From contig NYYQ01000007.1 of assembly GCA_002686855.1 (NCBI GenBank), forward strand, positions 1 through 46,088: a stretch of DNA of 46,088 bases, in the 5' to 3' direction. This DNA comes from Candidatus Woesearchaeota archaeon (lineage in GTDB: Archaea > Nanobdellota > Nanobdellia > Woesearchaeales > GW2011-AR4). Below, piece after piece: positions 1 through 8,715 of this stretch. A model generated the notes under the pieces. The model saw only the letters and a list, made by a program, of their open reading frames with translations. It had not been told where the DNA came from and did no database searches. The stretch's first letter is position 1. Each line of letters opens with the position of its first letter. The translations under genes and the position numbers were made by a program.

Positions 1-220
1 CAAATTGAAGGTATCTATGATTGAGGGTCTTATTTATAAATTTTATAAATGAATCCTGGCTTAGAAAGTGTCACATTATTTCGGAATTATACAATTAAAT
101 TTTAGGGTTTCAGAGCCTATAAGTTAAGAATTTTGGGATTTTAGAGAACTGAAGAATAGCACTAACAGCAGTTAAGAACAAAAACACATATCTATGACTG
201 ACTTACATCTTCATCATTTT

Positions 221-325
221 TCATTTATCCTTAAACTCATACATCTTATCTGTAAAGTCGTTCATGGCAAACCTTTCAAAAAAGTCATCAAAATTCAAAT
301 CTTCAGATGGTTCTTGCCTATACAT
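221..325 (-). CDS. small acidic protein, 34 aa (MYRQEPSEDLNFDDFFERFAMNDFTDKMYEFKDK); below ORF-track cutoff
   Basis: ATG at 325 with GAGGTGAT Shine-Dalgarno (rc of 330-337) and 4-nt spacer; TGA at 221-223; last ORF of a minus-strand mini-operon. Confidence 0.45.
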   Translation of the reverse strand: MYRQEPSEDLNFDDFFERFAMNDFTDKMYEFKDK

Positions 326-352
326 TTTAATCACCTCGGAGTTTTTTACGAA

Positions 353-383
353 GAGGTGCCCAGAATTATGATTTCTGAGCACC
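353..383 (-). other. GC-rich 12-bp hairpin between small ORFs
   Basis: aggtgcccagaa (353-364) pairs with ttctgagcacct (372-383), one G-U on the minus-strand RNA, 7-nt loop; stands out in AT-rich DNA. Confidence 0.4.
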
Positions 384-396
384 TTCTTGTTTTTAT

Positions 397-525
397 TTAC
401 ACATACATAGTTTCTTCATCAAGGCTCATTAATTCACAATCCCTGCAAATTTCAGGACTGCTGTCTGATTCTTCCTTAACAAAAAAACCACAACTTATGC
501 ATACATTTTTAATTTCCACCACCAC
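397..525 (-). CDS. mini zinc-ribbon protein, about 42 aa (VVVEIKNVCISCGFFVKEESDSSPEICRDCELMSLDEETMYV), GTG start uncertain
   Basis: CxxC...CxxC; paralog of the ORF at 535..678; same frame, 9 nt after its stop; only GTG starts available (517-525). Confidence 0.4.
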   Translation of the reverse strand: MVVEIKNVCISCGFFVKEESDSSPEICRDCELMSLDEETMYV

Positions 526-534
526 CCTAAATTT

Positions 535-678
535 TTATAATTGCACACTATCCAAGTAAGCATATCTTGCTTCTTCTCCTAAGCCTATCTTCTCACAATC
601 CCTGCATAGATAAGGATCATTACGGCCACTTTTGAATATTAGAAAACCACAGCTTATGCATCTTCTTCTTATTTTCAT
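535..678 (-). CDS. mini zinc-ribbon protein, 47 aa (MKIRRRCISCGFLIFKSGRNDPYLCRDCEKIGLGEEARYAYLDSVQL)
   Basis: ATG at 678, TAA at 535-537; CISCGF...CRDCE motif shared with the next ORF; purine-rich GGCGGCGG upstream. Confidence 0.5.
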   Translation of the reverse strand: MKIRRRCISCGFLIFKSGRNDPYLCRDCEKIGLGEEARYAYLDSVQL

Positions 679-702
679 CTTACCGCCGCCCAATTATTTT
701 TA

Positions 703-858
703 TTAAACATAGGCTTCATCATAGCCCTGCATAAAAGCCGCTTCTTGAGGACTTAGCTCATCATCTTCCAGAAGCTGCTCCCTTACATTTTCAGAATAGA
801 TGCTTTCATCATCTAGCATTTGCTCTGTCTCTTCATCAACAAAGAATTCCTTTTCCAT
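703..858 (-). CDS. small acidic protein, 51 aa (MEKEFFVDEETEQMLDDESIYSENVREQLLEDDELSPQEAAFMQGYDEAYV)
   Basis: ATG at 858 preceded by GAGGTGG (rc of 864-870) with 5-nt spacer and an upstream TATA-like ATTATAAAAG; TAA at 703-705. Confidence 0.5.
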   Translation of the reverse strand: MEKEFFVDEETEQMLDDESIYSENVREQLLEDDELSPQEAAFMQGYDEAYV

Positions 859-982
859 ATATACCACCTCACGCTTTTATAATATAGCAAAACAATTAAA
901 TATATATACTTATTCTCTATACCCTATATACGATATAGTAAGTATATATTTTTTAAAAATATATAAACTGGGGGTGGTAGAT

Positions 983-2002
983 ATGGATTATAGAAAATTA
1001 ATAGGATTTAGCAATGGTTCTTTTGTTGTGACTATACCAAAATATTGGGTAGAAAAAAATAAACTAAAAAAAGGAGATAATATCGGGGTTGAAGAGGGCA
1101 GTGATGAGATAATCTTTTATGCAGAAGGCAAAAGCGTAAAAAAAGAAGAAAAATCCATTACTATAAGTATGGATGGTAAAAAGCTGAGCAGGGTAAAAGC
1201 CGAAATAATCACCGCATACCTCAATAATTACCATACAATCGAGATTTTTTCTAAAACTTTGGAAGAGGACGCACCAGTACTTAAAGGCATTTTAAGGAAT
1301 CTTTCAGGAATGGAGATTATTGAGCAGACAAGACAGAGGATTGTGGCAAAAGACCTTATTGATATTAGCAGCATACCCATCAACAGCATCATCAGGAGGG
1401 TAGATTTAATAGCAAGGTCAATGATGGATGATAATTTGTTATGCATAGATAGAAAATGCAATCCAGATAGCATTATCCATAGGGATATGGACATAAATAG
1501 GCTATACTATCTTGGGTTTAGGGTTATAAAAAATATCATGGATAGCCCAAAAAATATGAAGACTCTAAATACTACATCCTGGAATCTTTTAGTTGATAAA
1601 ATAGTTTTAAGGAGGATTGAGGAGCTGGCAGACGCGCAGAAGAGAATGAGCAGTTTGATTGCGGAAGCAGGATTTCAGGGTGGGCTGAGAGAAGAATTTA
1701 AAAGCATAAATAAAGAATTAAAAGAGAGGTTTTGCAAGGTAATGAAGGCATACTATAGCAATGATAAACAAACAGCCCACGATATTCAAGTAACAGGCAA
1801 AGATATTATTGACAGGTGTAACAAATTTTTAGAAAATGCAAGCAAAGTTCCCTGTCATGATTGTAATGTGAAAAAAGGAGCAAAAAAGTCGATTCAGGAA
1901 AGCAATAAAATTGTTGTTTCAACAGCAATTATTGTTGAGCAAACAAAGGCAACCTCTAGCTTTATTAAGCATATTGCAAGAAATGTGTTGAATGTTGACT
2001 AA
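983..2002 (+). CDS. AbrB/SpoVT-domain plus PhoU-like regulator
   Basis: Start moved to ATG 983 (GGGGTGGT SD upstream). The N-terminus MDYRKLIGFSNGSFVVTIPKYWVEKNKLKKGD is an AbrB-type swapped hairpin. The remainder resembles archaeal PhoU-family regulators. The 800-982 extension in the ORF track is low-complexity. Confidence 0.65.
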   Translation: MDYRKLIGFSNGSFVVTIPKYWVEKNKLKKGDNIGVEEGSDEIIFYAEGKSVKKEEKSITISMDGKKLSRVKAEIITAYLNNYHTIEIFSKTLEEDAPVLKGILRNLSGMEIIEQTRQRIVAKDLIDISSIPINSIIRRVDLIARSMMDDNLLCIDRKCNPDSIIHRDMDINRLYYLGFRVIKNIMDSPKNMKTLNTTSWNLLVDKIVLRRIEELADAQKRMSSLIAEAGFQGGLREEFKSINKELKERFCKVMKAYYSNDKQTAHDIQVTGKDIIDRCNKFLENASKVPCHDCNVKKGAKKSIQESNKIVVSTAIIVEQTKATSSFIKHIARNVLNVD

Positions 2003-2093
2003 TATCCTTCAAAAATTATTTTTTCTTTGTTAAGTATTGTTTTTGATACTTCTTAATTTGTTATAAAAAGAAAAGCTTTAAACAATGAAAATC

Positions 2094-2131
2094 TGTGAGA
2101 TGCGAGTGAGCTCGTTGCGAACTCGCTCACA
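2094..2131 (+). ncRNA. candidate small structured RNA (GC-rich bulged hairpin) behind its own TATA box
   Basis: tgtgag(2094-99)/ctcaca(2126-31) and cgagt(2103-07)/actcg(2121-25) stems with 3-nt bulge; AAAGCTTTAAAC promoter-like box about 20-25 nt upstream; T-run follows. Confidence 0.3.
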
Positions 2132-2208
2132 ATTCACAATTTTCAAGCTTAAAGTTCTCGAAATTTCAAAAAATTCCGATAACTTTAAATATCATTTCAT
2201 ATTATCAC

Positions 2209-3492
2209 ATGATTATGTCAAAAAACGAAACAAATATCAACTTTTTATTTAAGAGCATATACTCCAAATTAATAGAGTTCTTCTTAGCCAACCCTGACAA
2301 TGAGTTTTATGTGAATGAGATACTGAAAGCTGTAAAAATTTCCCCAAAAGTCTTATGCGATGGCTTAAAAGAGCTTGAAAAAGCGGGAATTTTACTAAGC
2401 GAGAAAAGAGCAAACTCCATTTATTACAGGCTTAATAAGAAAAACGAGATTGTTGGCTCAATTAAAAAGATATTAAAGCCCGCAACATACAAAGATGCTG
2501 GTGTAGACATAGATGCTGCTAACCTCGCAGTAAAAAACATTAAAAAATATGTCAGAGAAACGTATAATCCAAATGTTCTATCAAAAGTCGGCTCTTTTGG
2601 CGGTTTATACCAGTTTGACAAAGAGAATGTTTTAGTTTCCTCAACAGATGGAGTTGGAACAAAACTAAAATTAGCGTTTAAAACAAATAAGCATGATACT
2701 ATTGGCCAGGATTTAGTTAATCATTGTGTTAATGATATATTGGTTACTGGAGCAAAACCCTTATTCTTTTTAGATTACATAGCTTGTGGAAAAGTTAATC
2801 CCAAAGTCATTGAGCAAATAGTGAAAGGCCTTTCCATTGCTTGTAAGGAAAATAATTGTGCATTAGTTGGAGGAGAAATTGCTGAAATGCCCGGATTGTA
2901 CAAAGAAAAGGAATATGACCTTGCAAGTTTTATTGTTGGAAAAGTAAATAAAAACAAAATGATTGACGGTTTAAAAATTAAAAAAGATGATGCGGTAATT
3001 GGATTATCTTCTAATGGGTTGCATACTAATGGTTACTCCTTAGTTTTCAAGGTACTGTTTGACCATGCAAAACTTAATTTAAACCAAAAACCAAAAGGAC
3101 TAAATTGCGCTTTAAAGGAAGAATTAATGAAAGTCCATTTAAGCTATTTTAAGCCTGTAAATGAATTACTAACTAAATTTGAGATTAAGGCAATGGCCCA
3201 CATTACAGGAGGAGGTTTAATTGAAAATATCCCAAGAGTACTTCCTGAAAACTGCTCAGTAGAGTTATATCAGGAAAAATGGAGAATACCCCCCATATTT
3301 GAATTAATCCAGAAACATGGAAACATCCCAAAAGATGAAATGTACAGGACATTTAATATGGGGATTGGCTTTGTATTGATAGTTAATAAAAAATATTCTG
3401 AAAAAATTCTAGCTCAATTAAAAAAATATGATTTTAAATCACAGGTTATTGGGAATGTTATTAGTGGCAATAAGAAAGTGGTGATAAGTTAG
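2209..3492 (+). CDS. purM: wHTH domain fused to phosphoribosylformylglycinamidine cyclo-ligase (AIR synthetase)
   Basis: The PurM core starts near aa 92 ([41 protein letters not shown]). The first ~90 aa are a winged helix ([37 protein letters not shown]). There is no internal start codon before the PurM core. Confidence 0.85.
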   Translation: MIMSKNETNINFLFKSIYSKLIEFFLANPDNEFYVNEILKAVKISPKVLCDGLKELEKAGILLSEKRANSIYYRLNKKNEIVGSIKKILKPATYKDAGVDIDAANLAVKNIKKYVRETYNPNVLSKVGSFGGLYQFDKENVLVSSTDGVGTKLKLAFKTNKHDTIGQDLVNHCVNDILVTGAKPLFFLDYIACGKVNPKVIEQIVKGLSIACKENNCALVGGEIAEMPGLYKEKEYDLASFIVGKVNKNKMIDGLKIKKDDAVIGLSSNGLHTNGYSLVFKVLFDHAKLNLNQKPKGLNCALKEELMKVHLSYFKPVNELLTKFEIKAMAHITGGGLIENIPRVLPENCSVELYQEKWRIPPIFELIQKHGNIPKDEMYRTFNMGIGFVLIVNKKYSEKILAQLKKYDFKSQVIGNVISGNKKVVIS

Positions 3493-4787
3493 GTTATTTT
3501 TTCTTCTTTAATCTTATTTTTATCATTGCTTGTCTTAGAATAAAGTCTCATTGCGCAATACTCTGGACCGCACATGCTGCAGAAATCAGCATCAAGGTTT
3601 AAATCAGACCTTATTCTTCTTGCTTCTTCCGGGTCTAAAGCTAAACTAAACTGTTTTTCCCAGTCAAAATTAAATCTTGCTTTGCTTAATTCATCATCTC
3701 TGTCTCTGGCATTAGGAATTCCTTTTGCAATATCAGCAGAATGAGCAGCTATCTTATATGCAATAATTCCCTGTTTTACCATCTCAGGAGTTGGCAATCC
3801 TAAATGTTCTGCTGCAGTAACATAACAAAGAAAGTCAGCGCCATGCATTCCTGCTACTGCTGCGCCTATTGATGATGTTATATGGTCATAGCCTGGAGCA
3901 ATATCAGTAACCAAAGGACCTAAAACATAAAATGGAGCATTATGGCAATATTTTTTCTCTAACTCAACATTTAACTTTATTTCATTTAATGGAATATGAC
4001 CTGGGCCTTCTATCATAACTTGGCATTCTTTTTCCCATGCCTTTAATGTTAGCTGCCCAAGTATTTTCAATTCTGCAATCTGGGACTTATCTGTTGCATC
4101 ATGCAGGCAGCCAGGTCTTAGGCCATCTCCTAGAGAAAAAGCAACATCATATTTCCTAAAAATATCGCATATTTGCTCAAAATGAGTATACAATGGATTT
4201 TCTTTGTTATTGGCTTTCATCCATCTGATAAGTATAGCTCCTCCTCTGCTTACAACTCCTATAAGCCTTGTTTTTAATAAAGGCAAAGTTTTTTGCAAAA
4301 CACCAGCATGTATTGTCATGAAATCAACACCTTGCTTTGCCTGCAGTTCTATTATATCCAGCCAATCATCCGGTTTTAAATTTTCAATTGTATTGTTTTC
4401 CTCAACAACTTGGTAAGTGGGTACAATTCCAATAGGCATACTCGATTCATTAATTATTGCTTCCCTTATCTCATTTAGATTTCCTCCAGTACTTAGATCC
4501 ATAACAGTATCTACACCATATTTTTTGCATAACTTTACTTTTTCAAGCTCTTCTTTGATACATGCTCTTATTTTTGATGCTCCTACATTTGCATTTATCT
4601 TGGTTTTAAGACCTTTGCCTATTGCAACAGGCTTTAGATTCTTATGATTCAAATTAGCAGGTATTACAATAGAGCCTTGCGCTATTCTTTGCCTTAGAAG
4701 TTCAACATCAATATTCTCAACAGAAGAAACATATTTCATCTCTTTTGTTATTGTCCCTTGTCTTGCATAATGAAGTTGTGTTGCCAT
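3489..4787 (-). CDS. thiC: phosphomethylpyrimidine synthase
   Basis: [21 protein letters not shown]-terminus, C-terminal [11 protein letters not shown] Fe-S motif; start trimmed to ATG 4787. Confidence 0.9.
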   Translation of the reverse strand: MATQLHYARQGTITKEMKYVSSVENIDVELLRQRIAQGSIVIPANLNHKNLKPVAIGKGLKTKINANVGASKIRACIKEELEKVKLCKKYGVDTVMDLSTGGNLNEIREAIINESSMPIGIVPTYQVVEENNTIENLKPDDWLDIIELQAKQGVDFMTIHAGVLQKTLPLLKTRLIGVVSRGGAILIRWMKANNKENPLYTHFEQICDIFRKYDVAFSLGDGLRPGCLHDATDKSQIAELKILGQLTLKAWEKECQVMIEGPGHIPLNEIKLNVELEKKYCHNAPFYVLGPLVTDIAPGYDHITSSIGAAVAGMHGADFLCYVTAAEHLGLPTPEMVKQGIIAYKIAAHSADIAKGIPNARDRDDELSKARFNFDWEKQFSLALDPEEARRIRSDLNLDADFCSMCGPEYCAMRLYSKTSNDKNKIKEEKIT

Positions 4788-4839
4788 AAGAAACAGGGTT
4801 TTCCCCTTATTTTTAAATTTGTTGTTTAATAAAAATAAC

Positions 4840-4863
4840 TTCAAACTCTTTCTTCCAGAACAT
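4840..4863 (-). pseudogene. short remnant of the purB 3' end (FWKKE...)
   Basis: rc reads TTCTGGAAGAAAGAGTTTGAAGTT versus the intact purB tail TTCTGGAAGAAGGAATTGGAAATA; 12-nt core ttcttccagaac (4850-4861) identical to 7019-7030 and 8732-8743. Confidence 0.4.
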
Positions 4864-4868
4864 AATAA

Positions 4869-5942
4869 TCAATCTAATAAACCTTTAGGCAGAAAATCAA
4901 ACTTATAGTCTTTTAATACCATCAAGGTCATATGTGATTCAATAATGTCATAAAATTTGTTTCTTATTTCTCTTAATAGAGTATTGAAATGTAAAGGGTC
5001 CTTGGCAAATATGTAAACTTCAAAGTCATATCTTCCTGTTGTTTCAAGAACAAAGGCAGTTTCTTCATGAAAATTAAAAAAGCTTTCAAACATTTTTCTT
5101 TTTTCAGCATCAACATGAGGCAAAAGCTGAAAGAATGATATATATCCATGGTAATGCAAATAAGATGCATTAATAATAGTTCTAAACGCCAATATAATTT
5201 TGTTTTCTGTTGATTTTTTTATTCTATGTTTTACAGTATCAACTGATAGTCGGGATTTTTTTGCAATGTCAACTATTTTAGCATTAGCATCATTTGATAA
5301 AATTTTTAATATTTTCAGAGCTTGTTCATCTAAATTAATATCTTGTTTACCAAGTCCAACCTTATTATTTCCAAAATTTTCTCCATATGCAAAATAGGTT
5401 TTTAAAGAATTTACATCAATTTTCAATTCTTTATAAAAGCTCTGAGGCAAAGTTTCATATTTGTTTAAGCTAATTATGGGCATAGTTTCATAATTCTTTA
5501 AATTACCTAAACATTTTGTTTTTATTTCTTTCATCAGCATATCAAAATGTTTTACATCTTTGGATAAAATATTAATTGCAAAATCCCACTCTCCGGAGCA
5601 TTGACCAAACCAAATTATAAATGGGTGATTAATAAAAAATTCAATTATTTTTTTCTCTTTTTCTTCATTTATATTTTCCAGCCTTAATAAGATAGTATAT
5701 GGTGTGAAGAAAATAAAAGGGTTAACTATAAGCAAATTTTTTCTAATTACATCTTTTTCTTTTAGTTTTTGAATCCTGTATCTTATTGCATCTTTGGATA
5801 ATCCAACAATTTTTGATAAATGAGTTGGAGAAATCCTTGAATTTTTAGCCAAAGCAGCTAAAATCTTCTTGTCTTTAACATCTATCTTTATATCCTTGCC
5901 ATAATCTAGTTCAAATATCACGCCTTTGTATTTTTCTTCCAT
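4869..5942 (-). CDS. tandem (duplicated) Lrp/AsnC-type transcriptional regulator
   Basis: Two AsnC-type HTH segments (KILAALAKNSRISPTHLSKIVGLSKDAIRYRIQKL and ALKILKILSNDANAKIVDIAKKSRLSVDTVKHRIKK), each followed by a RAM-like half. Confidence 0.6.
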   Translation of the reverse strand: MEEKYKGVIFELDYGKDIKIDVKDKKILAALAKNSRISPTHLSKIVGLSKDAIRYRIQKLKEKDVIRKNLLIVNPFIFFTPYTILLRLENINEEKEKKIIEFFINHPFIIWFGQCSGEWDFAINILSKDVKHFDMLMKEIKTKCLGNLKNYETMPIISLNKYETLPQSFYKELKIDVNSLKTYFAYGENFGNNKVGLGKQDINLDEQALKILKILSNDANAKIVDIAKKSRLSVDTVKHRIKKSTENKIILAFRTIINASYLHYHGYISFFQLLPHVDAEKRKMFESFFNFHEETAFVLETTGRYDFEVYIFAKDPLHFNTLLREIRNKFYDIIESHMTLMVLKDYKFDFLPKGLLD

Positions 5943-6041
5943 TTTTAATCAAAAACAGAGTTTAGTATATAAATTTTACTATTTTAGCGTAAAAATAGAG
6001 CATATTATTATATAAATAAGAGAGTATTATCTAGTGGTAAA

Positions 6042-6791
6042 ATGAAACTACCAGATTTACCTAATGTTCCAATAGATATGGATGAAGAGACTATTGCTTA
6101 TTTGAGTTCTCTTGAAGGTAGGTTAGACATTGAAGAAGGGTCGGGTACTATTGGGGTTGCAAGGGTTGAAGGGGACTATCTTACTGTTCTTGGAAAATAT
6201 ACTTCCAAAGGATTTCCTTCTTCTAAAACACACTTTTATGAATTGGTTAGAAACAGTAAAACTGGAGAAGAAACCATAGCTCATTTTCAAGAACCTCTAG
6301 ATGAAGTAACATCATCACTTTTTGGTTTGGCTTTAGCTGGAGCAACAGGTTTTGGTTTAAATCATATTTATCATTCATCAAGCGATATTTATGGATTCAT
6401 CTCAGCGCCTGTGGCTGGGGTAATTATTGGAGCAGTAGCTTTAATTCCGTTTGCTATAGGACTTTATTATGGACATTTGGCTCCTAGTGTTAAAAATCAG
6501 AGAAGGAAATTAGATAAGCATGGACAAAGCGTTAAACATTGTACTAACGCGAACCTTGCCGATATAAAAGAACAAGTTAAAGATATCGGTCTTTATCAAG
6601 GTGGTGTGACAGAGGTAGCAGATGCAGTGGGAAGACCATTAAAAATTGCCGAAACTGGTAATCCTGAAAAATTTGTTAGAGCACCTGATGAGTTCTGGTT
6701 AAGAGTTCAAATTCATTTAGCTGGTGGAAAACATGCCGCTAACTGTCTACCTGGGTCTAACGCTGGAACTCCTGTAACATACAGCGATTAA
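6042..6791 (+). CDS. hypothetical membrane protein (ORFan, G+C-richer than surroundings)
   Basis: Long ORF with two central hydrophobic segments (LFGLALAGATGFGL, FISAPVAGVIIGAVALIPFAIGLYYG); no motif recognised. Confidence 0.5.
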   Translation: MKLPDLPNVPIDMDEETIAYLSSLEGRLDIEEGSGTIGVARVEGDYLTVLGKYTSKGFPSSKTHFYELVRNSKTGEETIAHFQEPLDEVTSSLFGLALAGATGFGLNHIYHSSSDIYGFISAPVAGVIIGAVALIPFAIGLYYGHLAPSVKNQRRKLDKHGQSVKHCTNANLADIKEQVKDIGLYQGGVTEVADAVGRPLKIAETGNPEKFVRAPDEFWLRVQIHLAGGKHAANCLPGSNAGTPVTYSD

Positions 6792-7002
6792 AAAGTTTAG
6801 AGTAAAGACTAACTTTAGATTTCAAAGAGAATATGTTTATACAAAAAGATAAAGGTCTCACATGAATTTTTTTCTAAAGAGAAAAGGAATAAAGCAATCA
6901 AAAACAGAGTGTTCTTAATTCTGCAGACAGAGCCATAAAACTTTATTTTAAAGCATGGGAAACATCTGGTAGACAACCCTTTAATCCAGCAATCTATAAA
7001 AC

Positions 7003-7071
7003 CTAAACCCTTAACTCCTTCTTCCAGAACTTACAAATACTCTCAGTTTTCTTAGAAGCAATCACAATTTA
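7003..7071 (-). pseudogene. remnant of purB C-terminus (VIASKKTESICKFWKKELRV*)
   Basis: Aligns with intact PurB tail GIASKKAESACKFWKKELEI* (8716-8790); about 80 percent nt identity by eye; five of nine differing codons are synonymous; stop codon upstream. Confidence 0.65.
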
Positions 7072-7278
7072 TTTTTCGAACTTTTATTTATAGAAATTAA
7101 TCTATTCTTTACAGTATCTTTCATAAAATCTTAAGATTTCATCTGTTTTCTCCTGATTTAGTGAATAATGAATCTCTCCAGTTTTCTTTGCAGGTAAAAT
7201 CTAGTTGGGAGTCTTTGTGAAGGGATTTTCTAAAAAACCAAAAAGTATTTAAATAATAGTTACTATATACTAACTAAA

Positions 7279-7821
7279 ATGAGAAGCCAAGAAGATAAAG
7301 TGACAGGATTATTTTTTAATACACCTAAGCACTGGCACTTTGAAGAATTATTGAATAAATCTGGCTTAAGCAGGCCCAGGCTTGCAGTTTGGCTAAAGAA
7401 ATTCATTAAGCAAGGATTAATTAAAAGATTAAAGCCAAAAGGAAAGATGCCTTATTACATTGGAATATCTGAAAATCCTGAATTTCGGAACAGAAAAAGA
7501 TTATTCGCAATAAAAACACTGACCGAATCCGGCTTATTGGACCATTTATCCTCATTAAAGAAAGCAAAAGTTGTAATTATCTTTGGAAGCTTTTCCAGAG
7601 CAGATTGGTATGATGACAGCGATATTGATATTTTTATTTATGGTGATGAAAGCAATTTTGAATATTACAAATATAAGCAAAAATTAAAAAGAGAAATACA
7701 GATTCACAGTGCAAAAACAAAAAAAGATTTAAAAAAAATTGATAAAATGATGCCTTATATAATATCTGGAGATTTTATTAAAGGGTCTATTGAAGAATTA
7801 GGTGTTGAGGTAAATGTTTGA
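7279..7821 (+). CDS. wHTH fused to minimal nucleotidyltransferase (MNT-type)
   Basis: GSFSRADWYDDSDIDIFIYG matches the GSxxRG..SDxD pol-beta NTase motif; N-terminal wHTH (GLSRPRLAVWLKKFIKQGLIKRLKPKGKMPYY). Confidence 0.75.
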   Translation: MRSQEDKVTGLFFNTPKHWHFEELLNKSGLSRPRLAVWLKKFIKQGLIKRLKPKGKMPYYIGISENPEFRNRKRLFAIKTLTESGLLDHLSSLKKAKVVIIFGSFSRADWYDDSDIDIFIYGDESNFEYYKYKQKLKREIQIHSAKTKKDLKKIDKMMPYIISGDFIKGSIEELGVEVNV

Positions 7822-8284
7822 TTTTAAAAATTTGGATGAGGCTTACAACTCATGTGTTGCTGATGGCTTTATAAGAGAAAATCATGAGCATAATAAACAA
7901 AAGTTAAAAGATTTAATAAAAAATGCTGAAACAAACCTTAAAACAGCAAACATACTCATTAAAACATTAAAAAAAGATGATGATGAATGGCTCAATGTTT
8001 ACCTTAATCATTACGAAGCTTTAAGGTTTTATACAGAAGCATTTTTGCGTTATCATTCAGTAAAAATCAATAATCATCAATGCCTATTTGTATATTTATG
8101 TGCAAAATTCCCTGATTTAGAGCTTGACTGGAAATTTTTTGAAACCATAAGGAAGAAAAGAAATAATATTAATTATTATGGTGGCCATGTCAAGTTTGAT
8201 GAATGGAAATCAATAGATTTGCAGATAAAGTTATACATTTCTGCATTAAAGAAAGAGATTGAAACTAAGATTGGAATTTTCTAA
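7814..8284 (+). CDS. HEPN-domain protein (partner of the MNT)
   Basis: 8-nt overlap with the NTase gene; IRKKRNNINYYG resembles the R..RN...Y HEPN motif; helical composition. Confidence 0.6.
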   Translation: MFDFKNLDEAYNSCVADGFIRENHEHNKQKLKDLIKNAETNLKTANILIKTLKKDDDEWLNVYLNHYEALRFYTEAFLRYHSVKINNHQCLFVYLCAKFPDLELDWKFFETIRKKRNNINYYGGHVKFDEWKSIDLQIKLYISALKKEIETKIGIF

Positions 8285-8372
8285 TATAATTTTATCTCCT
8301 TTTAAGTGAGATGGTAACCCTTTAAGAATGAAATATTTAAATACTAGTTGATCAATACTATACTTGATTATT

Positions 8373-8702
8373 ATGGAAACAAAATCACTTTTTATTGAAT
8401 TCATGGGAGACTCGGCTATGATTAGAACATTAGACTACCTTTTAACAGAAAGGGAACTAGATTTTTCAATAACAGATATGGCAGAAAATGCAGGCATAGG
8501 AAGAGCTACCTTATATAGAATTTGGGACAATTTGATTGACAATGAAATCATAGCTCATACCAGAGATATAGGAAAAGCAAAATTATACAAATTAAACAAG
8601 GATAACATCAAAATTAAAAAACTTATGGAAATAGATGATGCATTAATTTTAGAAGAATTGAAGAAACGCTCTGAAAGTCAAAGGGCAAAAGTGATGGCAT
8701 AA
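8373..8702 (+). CDS. small wHTH DNA-binding protein
   Basis: ENAGIGRATLYRIWDNLIDNEIIAHTRDIGKAKLYKLNKDN: helix-turn-helix plus wing; ATG at 8373 preferred to TTG at 8364. Confidence 0.6.
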   Translation: METKSLFIEFMGDSAMIRTLDYLLTERELDFSITDMAENAGIGRATLYRIWDNLIDNEIIAHTRDIGKAKLYKLNKDNIKIKKLMEIDDALILEELKKRSESQRAKVMA

Positions 8703-8715
8703 TTATGTGAAAAAT

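Noticed and set aside
194-559. 121-aa plus-strand ORF from the track
   Set aside because: Low-complexity sequence with no SD or promoter. The opposite strand holds four small ORFs with good SD sites and paralogous zinc-ribbon motifs, which explain the open frame better.
800-982. N-terminal 61-aa extension of the AbrB/PhoU ORF
   Set aside because: S/Y/I-rich low complexity overlapping the divergent small-ORF promoter. A strong SD precedes ATG 983, where the AbrB fold begins.
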